Shown one piece after another: positions 25,426 through 41,468 of a DNA stretch of 64,000 nucleotides; within the stretch, counting starts at the first letter, position 1; each line of letters starts with the position of its first letter. The stretch comes from Dictyostelium discoideum. Taxonomy: Eukaryota. Below the pieces are notes generated by a model. The model was given only the letters and a program-made list of their open reading frames with translations. It did not search any database and was not told where the DNA came from. The DNA lies in assembly GCA_000004695.1 (NCBI GenBank), contig CM000155.2:128001-192000 (forward strand), written 5' to 3'. Both the position numbers and the translations under genes were made by a program.

Positions 25426-26262
25426 AAAAAAACAAAAAAATCAAAGGAAGATAACCCAAAAAAACAATAAAAATCTTTCTTCCATAAAATTCTATGAAAC
25501 CTTATAATTATATATAAGGTATTAAATTCTTTTAAAACTTGAAAAATTTTTTTTTTTTTTTTTCCGTTCCTTTTCATATTTTTTTTTTTATTTACATTTC
25601 CTAAAAATTGAAATAGTTGACAGATCTTGATCTTTTTCTTTTTTCAGAGAATGTCAAAAAAAAAAAAAAAAAAAATTTATTTAATTTTATTTATATAATA
25701 TGAATTCAGTGAAGAAAAGTAAAAAAAATTAATAATTATCAAAAAGTTAAGGTTTTTAATAATATTTTTTAATATATAATAAAAATAATAATAATAAAAA
25801 ATATGGATTATAATATATTGGAATAGATAATGTAATTGGTGCTGTTACTTCATGCTGCCAAAACCAACTAACTAAAAGGGAAGGTGGGGGTGGAAAAGGG
25901 ACAAAAAGAATTTTCTTCTTTTTCCAACTTTCTAATTTGTTTTTTATGTTGTCTTCTTTTTCTTTTCTATTTTGATACCTATCGACCCCTAACCTTCATT
26001 CTGCCAAAACCTACTAACTAAGAGAGAACTATTTTATTTGTTTTTGTGATACTATATCTGTTAAGTTCATAAAAGAATTTTTTGAACTAAACAAATATTG
26101 CATATTTTCATAACAAAAAAAAAAAAATGGTATAGGTGCACTTGGAAAAATCCATATTAAAAATTAATAAAATAAATAAAATTAAATGGTTGTAAAAAAA
26201 AAAAAAAAAAAACTTTTTTTCTAAACAAATCCAAATTATTAAGAAATAATAAATTCAATTTT

Positions 26263-26305
<43 letters not shown>

Positions 26306-26475
26306 CCCCCAACTATTTTTTTAATAATTTATAAATAATTTTATCTTTATATAAAAAAATATTCAATTGGATATATTTTTTTTTTTTTTTATTTTTTTAT
26401 TCTGATATTCTGAAAACTATTTAATTTTTCCTTTTTTTTTAGCTTTTTTTTTTAGTTTTTTTTTTAATTTTCATA

Positions 26476-26508
<33 letters not shown>

Positions 26509-26546
26509 TGATTTGTGATTTTTTAAAAAGAAAACGAAAGTAGAAA

Positions 26547-27708
26547 ATGTTTAATTTATACAGGAGTTCATTAAAAAATCTAAAACTACCAAATATAAAT
26601 AATAATATTAAATCAAATTTGGTAATAAGATCATATACTACCAATATTAATGGTAATATTAAAAATGATGATGATAATAATAAATTTTATTCATTATCAC
26701 AATTTCCATATCCATCAGGAGCATTACATATGGGACATGTGAGAGTTTATACGATATCAGATTGCATTGCAAGATTAAAGAGAATGCAAGGTTATGATGT
26801 AATTCATCCAATGGGATGGGACGCATTTGGATTACCAGCTGAGAATGCAGCAATTGATAAACAAGTTTCACCAAGTGAATGGACAAATTTAAATATAAGT
26901 TCAATGAGAGACCAATTGAAGTTATTGAATTTCCAATTCGATTGGGATAGAGAGCTATCAACATGCAATAAAGAATACTATCGTTGGACACAGGAGATAT
27001 TTCTAAGATTATTGAAATCAGGATTAGCCTACAGAAAGAGTGCTACCGTAAATTGGGATCCAATCGACCAAACTGTGCTTGCCAACGAGCAGGTAGACGC
27101 ACAAGGTAGGTCATGGAGATCAAATGCGATTGTTGAAAAAAAAGAAATGAAGCAATGGTTTTACAAAATCACATCGATGGCAGATAGATTAACTGACGAT
27201 TTAGACCAGTTGCCAGGCTGGTCTGACGAAATTAAAAATATGCAAAAAGAGTGGATTGGCAGATCGTATGGTCACTTAATCGAGTTCCAAAGTTGTGCCC
27301 AAAAACCATTATCAAATATCACAGTGTTCACAACACGTGCCGAAACTATCTATGGTGTTTCATTTTTAGCCATTTCTCCACACCATTCTGAAATCAACCA
27401 AATTAGAGCCAATTTAATAAATGATGAAAAAAGATTAGAATTGGATCAATACTTAAAAGAGATTCAAGAAATTAAAAATAAAATGGGAACACAAGAAGAT
27501 GTTGAAAATTTAAAAACTTTTAATACAGGTTTAACATTTTATCAACCTATAACTAAAAAATACATTCCATTAATACTTTCAAATTTCGTACATGCCGATT
27601 ATGGTACAGGTGCTGTTATGGGTGTACCATCACATAATCGTTCAGATTATCAAGTTGCAAAACAACAAAATTTAAAATTATTACCAGTTTTAGGTATTGA
27701 AAGAGAGC

Positions 27709-27746
<38 letters not shown>

Positions 27747-29369
27747 CTAGAAATAGAAGAGGAATGTTATGATTATTCAAATACTGGTAAATTAATTAAT
27801 AGTGGACAAGATACAGGTATTGAATTTAAAGAATTTATTAAAAGATTAGAAGATCAACAATTAATAAAGAGACAAACAAATTATAGAATTCATGATTGGT
27901 TAATTTCAAGACAACGTTATTGGGGTACACCAATTCCAATTATTGTTTGTGAGAAATGTGGTGATGTACCAGTACCATCGGATCAATTACCAGTTGAATT
28001 ACCAATCGATATTCAATTCACTGGTAAAGGTAATTTATTGAATCAATTAGATCATTGGAAGAATGTTAAATGTCCATGTTGTGGATCACAAGCAACTAGA
28101 GAAACTGATACAATGGATACATTTGTTGATTCATCTTGGTATTTCCTCAGATTTTTAGATAGTAAAAACTCACAATCCATTTTCTCTTCGGAATTGGTCA
28201 ACAGATTCATGCCAATCGATGTTTATGTCGGTGGTATCGAACATGCTATCCTTCATTTACTATACAGTCGTTTCATTACAAAATTCTTAAAAGATCAACA
28301 ATTAATTGACCATTCTGAACCATTCAAAGTTTTATTAGCACAAGGTTTAGTTAAATCACCAACTTATCGTGATTCGATAACAAATAAACCAATTCATCCA
28401 TCAAATGTTGAATTTAAAACTATTAAATCAAATGAAAGCGGTAAATCTCAACAACAAACTATAAATAAATTAACGGGTAATCAAGTTTCCGTTACAATTG
28501 AAAAAATGTCAAAATCAAAATTAAATGGTATTGATCCAAAAGAAATCATTGATAAATATGGTTCTGATACTTTGAAAACTTATATTCTATTTAAAGCACC
28601 ACCAGAGAAATCATTAGATTGGGATACTCAAGGTATTGAAGGTTGTAAGAAATGGTTAACAAGAATCAATGTTTCAATTCAATCATTTTTAAATCAATTT
28701 GATGTAATTGAAGGTAAAGAGCAACACCAACATCAACAACAACAACATCAACAACCATTACCTTCATCAGAATTTAATGAACAACAATCTAAAGAAGTTA
28801 AAGATATTCTATTTGAAACTCATTTAACTATGAATAAAGTTACAGAATCAATTGATAAACATTCTTTTAATACTGGTATCGCTGCATTAATGGAACTTTC
28901 AAATACATTACAAAAATCATCTCCACAAATTAAATTAACCAAAGAATATTATCAATCATTGAGAGCATTGACTTTAATGTTATTCCCATTCTCTCCAATA
29001 TTTTCACAAATTCATTGGAAATCATTAATTGATGATTTACCACAATCTTGTAAATCATTTTATTCTGAAAACTATTCATCATTTGAGCAACAATCATATG
29101 GTAATTCAAATGATAATGATGTCTTTAATCAACGTTGGCCAAAACCAACTCCATCCGCTTTAGTTAGAGATTTCAATAGTTTGGTCATTCAATTCGATGG
29201 TAAAACTAAAGGTGTTGAATCAATTCCAACTTCAATCACTGATTTCTCAAATTTTGTTCAATCAAATTCAAAATATTTAAATAGATTCAAAGATAAAACT
29301 ATTGATCAAATTTTCATTGGTACAACAAAAACTGGAAATTCTATTAATTTCACTTTTAAAAAAAAATAA
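26547..29369 (+). CDS. mleuS: Leucyl-tRNA synthetase, mitochondrial (bacterial-type LeuRS)
   Basis: 940-aa continuous ORF. 'PYPSGALHMGHVRVYTISD' (HIGH-class motif HMGH), 'KMSKSKLNGIDP' (KMSKS), 'DTFVDSSWYFLRF' and the editing-domain region are present. N-terminal presequence-like Asn/Ile-rich leader. Internal poly-Gln inserts. Confidence 0.9.
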
Positions 29370-29370
29370 A

Positions 29371-29520
29371 TTTAAATTAAAATCAAAATTAATTAAAATT
29401 AAATTTAAAATTAAAATTAATTAAATTTAAAATTAAAATTAATTAAATTTAAAATTAAAATTAATTAAATTTAAATTAAAATTAATTAAATTTAAAATTA
29501 AAATTAAATTAATTTCGTTA
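29371..29520. repeat. Minisatellite, ~6 copies of a 22-24 bp unit 'aaatttaaaattaaaattaatt'
   Basis: Direct reading downstream of the LeuRS stop. Confidence 0.9.
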
Positions 29521-32342
29521 TTTTTTATTATTATTATTTTTATAATTTTAATTAATTATTTTTATTATTATTATTATTATTAATTTTTTAATTGGAAAGA
29601 ATTATCTACCCACACTTTTTCAATTAAAAAAATATTGTTGTCAGTATATTATTATAATTATTATTGTTATTAATTTATTTATTTTAATTATTAATTTATT
29701 TATTTTTTTGGATTTTTAGTACTTTTTATTTTTTTTTTATTTTTTTTTTTTTTAAACAAATTAAAATTTTATTTTTTATTTTTTTAATATTTTTTTTTAT
29801 TTTTTATTTTTTTTTTAAAAACAAATAAAAATTAAAATTGTAATATTACTGAATAAGAATTTATTTAAAAGATATTAGATTTAAAATTTAACATCATGTT
29901 AAATGTTTTTTTTTTATTATTTTAAACTCTATTTTTTAATCATTGAATTTTTTTATAAAGAAAAAAAAAAGTGACGAAAAAACACACAATGTTGATTCTG
30001 ACTTTAATAAAATCATTTTTTTCTAATTATTAAAAATTGGTATAAAAAAAAAAGTTCCTCAAAATTTTATTTTAAAAATTTTAAAAATTAATTGGGGTCA
30101 AAATCTAGACTCACGTGAGTTTTAAATATATTATTTCGTTTTAATTTAAAAGATATATTTTATTAATATTAAAAAAACAAAATAATAAGAAAATAAAAAA
30201 AAAAGCATTGCAATAAAATCTAAAAGACTTTAACGCAACCCACAAAAGTCTTTTATAGATGGAAATAGCATTTATCAAAAAAATAATTGGGTAAGATACA
30301 ATTACCTTTTACAGCATTGATATTATATAAAATTTAAAAAAAAAAAAAAAAAAAAAATAAATAAATAAAAACAAAAAAACAAAGAAAAGAAAAAAAAAAA
30401 CAATAAAAGAAAGAAAAAAAAAGAAAGAAAAAAAAATATTGTTATTTTCTACATAAAAAAATAACCTAAAAGTAAGGGTCAAGTAGCAAATATTTATTAA
30501 ATTTAGGTAATTGTTTAAACACAACATTTAATAGAATTTTTTTTTTTTTTTTTTATTATTTTTTTTTTAATTTTACTTTAATATTTACGAGTAATATGAA
30601 TAAAATGTTTTTTATTTTGTTTGTTTTGTTTGTTTTGTTTGTTTGTTTGTTTGTTAATAATTAAATGTACAATTGTAAAAATGTTATTTTTTTTTTATTT
30701 TTTTTAATCTATCTCATTTTTTAATAATAAAAAAATAATTGTAAATGTTGGTTGCTGTGATCAAAATTTGTTTATTTAATATTAAAATGAAAATTTTGTT
30801 TCATCGATTTTATTTCACTTTTTCATTTTTGTCACCAAAATGGAATTACCAAAAACAAAATTCATTTTTTTTTTTTTTTTTTTAAACTTTAAATTTTATT
30901 TTTTTTACATGTATGTATTAAAAAACTATAATCAAAATAAAAAATTTCATAATAATAAAAATAATATTTAACATAAAACATAATATTGTGTTTGAAAGAT
31001 GAAATAAAAAAAAAAAAAAAAAAAATAGATGTCTTACTAAATATCTAACGATATTTAATTTTAATTTATATTTATATTTGTTTTTTTCATTAATAATAGT
31101 GGTGAAATATGTGGTAATTTTAAAATTTTTTTTTGTGGTGTATGTGGTTTTATTTTTAAATAAAAACATTTTAATTATTTTAAATTTGGCTACCGCTATA
31201 ATGTAGTGCTACTGAAATAATTAAAAAAAAAAATTTTTTTTTACATGTATAAAAAATATTCTATTTAATAAATATTGAAAATAATTTTTAAAATATATAT
31301 ATATATTTAAAAACCCCCGCCAACCACATTAAATAATAAAAATAAAATTATTTATTTTTGTGTTTTAAAAAAAAAAAAAACACACATAAAAAGTAGATGA
31401 TTTACGAAAATAAAGTATTTTAGAGAATGAATTTACAATTTTCAATTTTATTTTTTAAAAAAAAAATAAAAAAAAAATAAAAAATAAAAAAAATAAAAAA
31501 TAAAAAAAAAGATTATTAATAATCAATAACAATAACAATATATATATATAAACATAATTTATTGGTATTTTTTAAAAAACCAATACATAACCACTAAAAA
31601 AATTAGTCATCATAAAAAACTTAATAATTATAGTATTTAAATTATTTTATTCGTACAGTATTCGTTTTAAGTGTTAACACAAACATTTTAAATTATTATT
31701 TTATTTTTCATTTTCCATAAACATATGTTTATCCTCTTCATAAAAATATAAAAAAAATAATAAATAGTGTACCATTATTTTTTAAATTAGAAAATACTCT
31801 AAATAATTTTTTTATGTTAAATTTTTTTTTTAAATTGATTAAAAAAAAAAATTAATTTATTTTCAATTCAAAAATAAATAAAAAGATTGTCAAACTGTAA
31901 GTAATTTTTTTATTTAATATTTATTTTTTATTTTAAATCTTAAAAAAAAAAAGATTGGGCAGTTGGCAATAAAAAAAAAAAAAAAAACTATTGTTATTTA
32001 ATTATTTTCCCCCATGTCATGACTAATTTTTGTTTTTAATTCTCTCTTTTTTTATTGCCAAATAGAGAAATTAATTTATTTTAAAAATTTGTTTTTTTTT
32101 TGTCTCATTGTTTTTATTGCTATTTAATATTAATTATTTGGAATGAAGCCAATAATTAATTTTTAAAAAATGATAAATAAAATAAATAATTAAAAAATTG
32201 TGTTTCCATATTTTTACCAAAAAAAAAAAAAAAAAAACTAATTTTATTAATTAAAAATTAAATAATTAAAAAATAAACCCACTAAACTCATGAAATAGGT
32301 CGAAAAAAAAAATCACAATTTAAAATTAAAAAACATATAATA

Positions 32343-34658
<2,316 letters not shown>

Positions 34659-34729
34659 ATAAAAATTATATAAATATAATCTGGTTTTTTTTTTTTTTTT
34701 CTTTTTTTTTTTTTATTATAATTATTAAA

Positions 34730-36249
<1,520 letters not shown>

Positions 36250-36926
36250 TTTTCTATTTATTATTTAACTAAAGAATTTGAAAAAAAAAAAATAAAAATA
36301 ATAAAAAAAAAAAATACTCTTTTATGTATTGATTTTAAATTTAATTTCTATTTATAGAATAAGTATGCGTGTGGGTGGGTTTATTTTAATTATGACATAT
36401 ATAAAATATATATATTTATTTATTAATGCACTTGCATAACTAAATACTAATTGCTTATTATTATTATTATAATTATTTGAAATATTTGTAAGTGGTAAAG
36501 TGAATAAAAAAAAAATAAAAAAGAAAAAATCATGACATTTTGAAAAATAATTAAAATTTTCTTTTTAAAAAAAAAAAAATTTAATTAAAAAAAAAATTAA
36601 ATAAAATAACACCCATGGTTTATGATTTTGTCCTAAATCAAATAACCCTCATGAAGTTCCCATTATTATATCAGTAAAAAATACGAACATAATTATTATT
36701 TTTTAAATAAAAAAAAAATAAAATAAAAATGGTTGGGTAAATATTTTTTTTTTTTTTTTTTTTTTATATTCTATTATATATATATATAATATCTTTTTAA
36801 TATATTCCTGTTTAAATAAAAAAAAAAAAAAAAAAAAAGGAAAAGTTAGAATTTTAAATTGCATAATTTTAGACAAGATTGAGAAAGAATTCTTATGATT
36901 ATTTTTAATTTTTTTTTTTAACTAAA

Positions 36927-36962
<36 letters not shown>

Positions 36963-38516
36963 CAACTCATTACTTTTGATTTTATCAATATTTGAAAATA
37001 TTAAATAAAAAAAAATAAAAAAAAATCAAATAAAAAAAGTAAATATAGAAAATAAATGACAATTATAGAAATTAAGTTACAGTGAACACAAAATATTAGA
37101 AAATGGAAATCTTATTCATTTAAAAATTACTTTTTTTAATTATTGTTGATTTATTTTTTTTTTTTTATATTTTTGTAAAAACAAATAAACATTAATGTGA
37201 TCAATATTTTTTTAAATAAAAAAAACCATTATAACTTTATTTTTTATTTTTTTATTTCGGGTACGTATGTAATTATTATTTTAAAAAAAAATATTAATAA
37301 AAAATACTTTTTTTTTTTTTTTTTTTCTCCAGATTGATTTAATATATTATTATTTGTTTTTTCGTTCGATTTAAACCTTCAAATAACCACCATTAACACA
37401 CTATCCAATATTAAAAATATCTAAATTTTTTATTTTAATCAATTACATTGAGATTTTGGTTAAGAAAAAAATAAAATTAAAAATAAAAAAATAAATATCA
37501 TATACTTTGTTAGTGTAAATTAACACATTAAAGTCGTTTTACAAATTATTATTCGCTATTGAAAAATTAAAACAAACCCACACACTCACAGAAACAAACT
37601 AAAAATTAAGAAAAAAACACTCAATCTCAAATAAAATTATCCTTAATATATATAAATATATATTAAATAATTAAAAAAACAGTATAGTAATAGTATTAGT
37701 ATTAGTTTTAAATTATTAAACAACTATTAGGAGGTGTCCAATTTATTATTATGGGTCAGATTGAGATAATGATTTTTAAATCACAATTTATATACTTAAA
37801 AAATAAAAAAATAAAAAAAAATTAAAAAAATAATAAATGATATCTATTAAAAAAGAAAAATTGTTAATCACACTTATAATAGTTTTTATATCACCCACAA
37901 CCTCCACATTATATTAACACCCCTAAACCAACCGAATAAAATGACAGATTCAATCAAAAAAATAAAACCCACACACACACTCACACTTACATACACTTTA
38001 AAAAAAAAAAAAAAAAACAAATTAAACCCACCTACACCTGTCACTTTAAATTAAACCAACTTCTTCTGTGTATTTATGGTTAAAATAATAAATGTAAATA
38101 TATATTATTATTATTTTTATTTTTATTATTATTTAAATAAAAAGATATTAAGAATAAAAAAAAAAAAAATTAAAAAATATTTAATTTATTTATATATTAA
38201 GTAAAATAATTTTTATTTTTTAAAAAAAAAGTGGGTTAGTGTATAATAATTTGATGAATGATTTTAAAATATAATTATTAAATTAAAAACACACACTCTC
38301 TCTCTCTCAATCACTCAGTCAAAAATTAAAGATTTTATATAAATCAAATAATTCCAATTCGATCTAATCAAATAATGTGTGACAATAGATCATGAAATTA
38401 TTATTTTATTTTTTGTTTTTTATTTTTTTTTATTTGATTTTTTTTTTTTTTAATATTGTATAATATAAGCAACAACAAATAAAATCATAATAAAAATAAT
38501 TTTATTTGTTTTATTT

Positions 38517-38556
<40 letters not shown>

Positions 38557-38984
38557 ATTATTAACAAAATCATTTCCTTATTCAATTTTTTAAATTTTTT
38601 TTTCTTTTCTTTTTTTTTTTTTTTTTTTCCTTTTTATAATTTTTTAAGTAAATTTAACAAAAATAGTATTATTATTGACAAATATAAAATTTTTAATTTT
38701 TTAAAAATCACCTTAATACATTCTAAAATATATAAAAGGCAAAAATAATAAACATTCTTTTTTTTAAAAAAAAAAAATAAATAAATAAATAATAATAATA
38801 ATTTTAGTATAAAAAAGAGAATCTTAATAAAAAAAAAAAATAAATAAATAAAAATTACACATGATCATATACATAAAATAATATTTTTTTAATTACTAGT
38901 AAAGTAGTTATAAAAAACAAACTATCAATAATAAATAAAAATCAAATATTAAAAAAATAAATAATATAATTAAAAAAAAAAAAA

Positions 38985-39080
38985 ATGAAAGAAAATGAAG
39001 ATGAAATTAATAAAACCGATGAAAAATATAAAATTAAAAATCCAAGTAATAATGGTAATAATAAAAATAAAAACAATAAC

Positions 39081-39159
<79 letters not shown>

Positions 39160-40357
39160 GTAATAGTAATTTAGAAAATATAGAAGGTTTAAATAAATAT
39201 AATATATATAAAAAGAAAAAAGGTAAAAATGAAAGTAATACAAGTTTAAATAATATATATATAAGTTCACCAAATTTATCAGAAAGAAGTGATAATTCAA
39301 TTGGAAGCTATTGTACAAATAAAACCATGAAATCCGAAAACTCGATTATTAATATAGAAACATTATTCAGAGATAGTGTTAGTGAACAAAATAGTGACGA
39401 ATGTGGTAGTAAAGTTGATAAAGATTTGGATGAAGATGATGATGATGACGATGATGAAACCGAAGTCCCAGAACTTGTAGATTACTCTGAAATGATTGTT
39501 AGTATACTATACCCTGTTTGTATAACAATGGTTATTGTTGTATTAGCGATAAGAGCAATTTCATCATCGTATGTACATAAACATAATAAAAAAAAATAAA
39601 AAAATAAAAAAATAAAAATGTTTTGTATTAATTAGTTTTATTTTAAATTTAAATTTTTTAATACAAAAGAACATCAAAAAATTCACAAATAGTTGAAATA
39701 TCAAATGATAATAGTGGTGGTAATGGTGATTCAAGTAGTGGTGCAGATAAAATGGTTTTTGATTCGGTAGTAAACTCATTAATATTTTTAGCAGTAATTA
39801 TACTCAGTACAACAATTATGGTTGTTTTATATAAATTCAAATTAATGAAAGCATTATATGCATGGTTAATGGGTACTTCAATCTTATTATTGGGTGTTTT
39901 TGGTGGTTTTTTATTTTTGTAAGTATTTATTTTTATATATTCAAATATATAATTTTAATAATATATATATATATTAACTATTTAAAAAAAAATTATTAGA
40001 ATTTTATTAGCCTATTTAAATTTGGGACTTGATTATGTTACATTTGTAATTGTAGTTTGGAATTTTAGTGTCGGTGGTATTGTTTGTATATTTTGGTATT
40101 CACCAAAACTTTTAAATCAAGGTTATCTAATTAGTATTAGTGTTTTGATGGCATTGTTTTTCTCGAGACTACCAGATTGGACAACATGGGGTATACTTTC
40201 AATTGTATCGATTTATGATATTTTTGCCGTTTTATGTCCTGGTGGACCTTTGAGAATTTTAATTGAAACTGCCCAAAAAAGAAATGAAAATATTCCTGCA
40301 ATGATTTATAATGCAAGTATTTACATTGGTATGATTTATAATGAAGATAATTTGGAA

Positions 40358-40388
<31 letters not shown>

Positions 40389-41109
40389 TTGAACTAAATA
40401 TTAATGAAGTTGATATTGAAAACAATAATAATAATGAAGATGAGAATAAAAATAATACTGAAGATGGGAATAATAATAATAATAAAAATAAAAATAATAA
40501 TAATAATAATAATAATAGAATTGAAAATGAAAATGGTGCAGAAAATTCATCTGAAAATGGTTCAATTACTCCACCACCTACAATTCCAAATTTTATTAAA
40601 GATGAAAAAGAAATAAATCGATCATCTGGATCAAATGGATTTCCAAATTTTAAAAAATGTGCAAATGATAATATTTTAATTGGGGATGCTGAAACAAACG
40701 ACGAAATAGTTTCAAATGCTGAATCAAGTATTGACTCTACTATTAGTGAATCATATGTAAAACCAAAACAATCAATTAGACTTGGGTTAGGTGATTTCGT
40801 TTTTTATAGTGTTTTAATTGGTAAAGCTGCATCTTATCAAATTACTACTGTTTTTACTGTTTTTATTGCAATTATTACTGTATGTATACAAAATTTCATA
40901 AAAATAATTCCATTTTAATTAATTTATTAATTAATTCAAATATTTTATTATAGGGTTTATTTTTAACTTTGATACTTTTGGCAGTTTTTAGAAGAGCATT
41001 ACCAGCATTACCAATGAGTATAATATTTGGAATTATTGTTTTCTTTTTAACATTTAAAATATTAATTCAGTACATTTACTTTTTGGGTGAAAATCAAATA
41101 TTTGTATAG
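38985..41109 (+). CDS. Presenilin (intramembrane aspartyl protease, gamma-secretase catalytic subunit); exons 38985..39568, 39670..39918, 40000..40879, 40954..41109
   Basis: TM1-2 region 'VVLYKFKLMKALYAWLMGTSILLLGVFGGFLFL'. The TM6 region YD motif 'SIYDIFAVLCPGGPLRIL'. The 'LGLGDFVFYSVL' catalytic GxGD motif and the 'ALPALPMSIIFG' PAL motif in the last exon. Introns GTATGT/GTAAGT...AG with phases verified. Asn-rich cytoplasmic loop and poly-Asn N-terminus. Confidence 0.8.
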
Positions 41110-41182
41110 GTTTTTTTTTTTTTTTTATTAATTTTTTTTCTTTTTTTAAATCTCAAAATTAAAAATAAAGAAAATATTAGAA

Positions 41183-41216
<34 letters not shown>

Positions 41217-41468
41217 TAGAAAGTATTTTAATAAAAAAAAAAAAAAAAAAAAAAAACATTATTAATGTACAAATACTTATTACAAGATTTAAACAAATAT
41301 TGATGATGATTATTTGTAAAAAAGCAATCACCTTTTAAATATAATAAATTCTTTTTCTTGTAATTTTAAAAAAAAAAAAAAAAAAAAAACAAGACCAAAG
41401 TTTTTTTTTTAAAATTTATTTAATAATTATTTTATTACAATTTTAATGATATATATAGAATTGTTTTT

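Noticed and set aside
30106-30121. Perfect palindrome 'AGACTCACGTGAGT' containing a CACGTG E-box
   Set aside because: It is isolated, ~2.2 kb from the nearest start codon in a 3-kb intergenic region, with no repeated occurrence. I cannot support a function from sequence alone.
30590-30660. Short ORF 'MNKMFFILFVLFVLFVCLFVNN' in the large LeuRS-Zn2Cys6 intergenic region
   Set aside because: It is encoded by a (TTTG)n microsatellite and has no flanking splice or continuation. It is likely non-coding.
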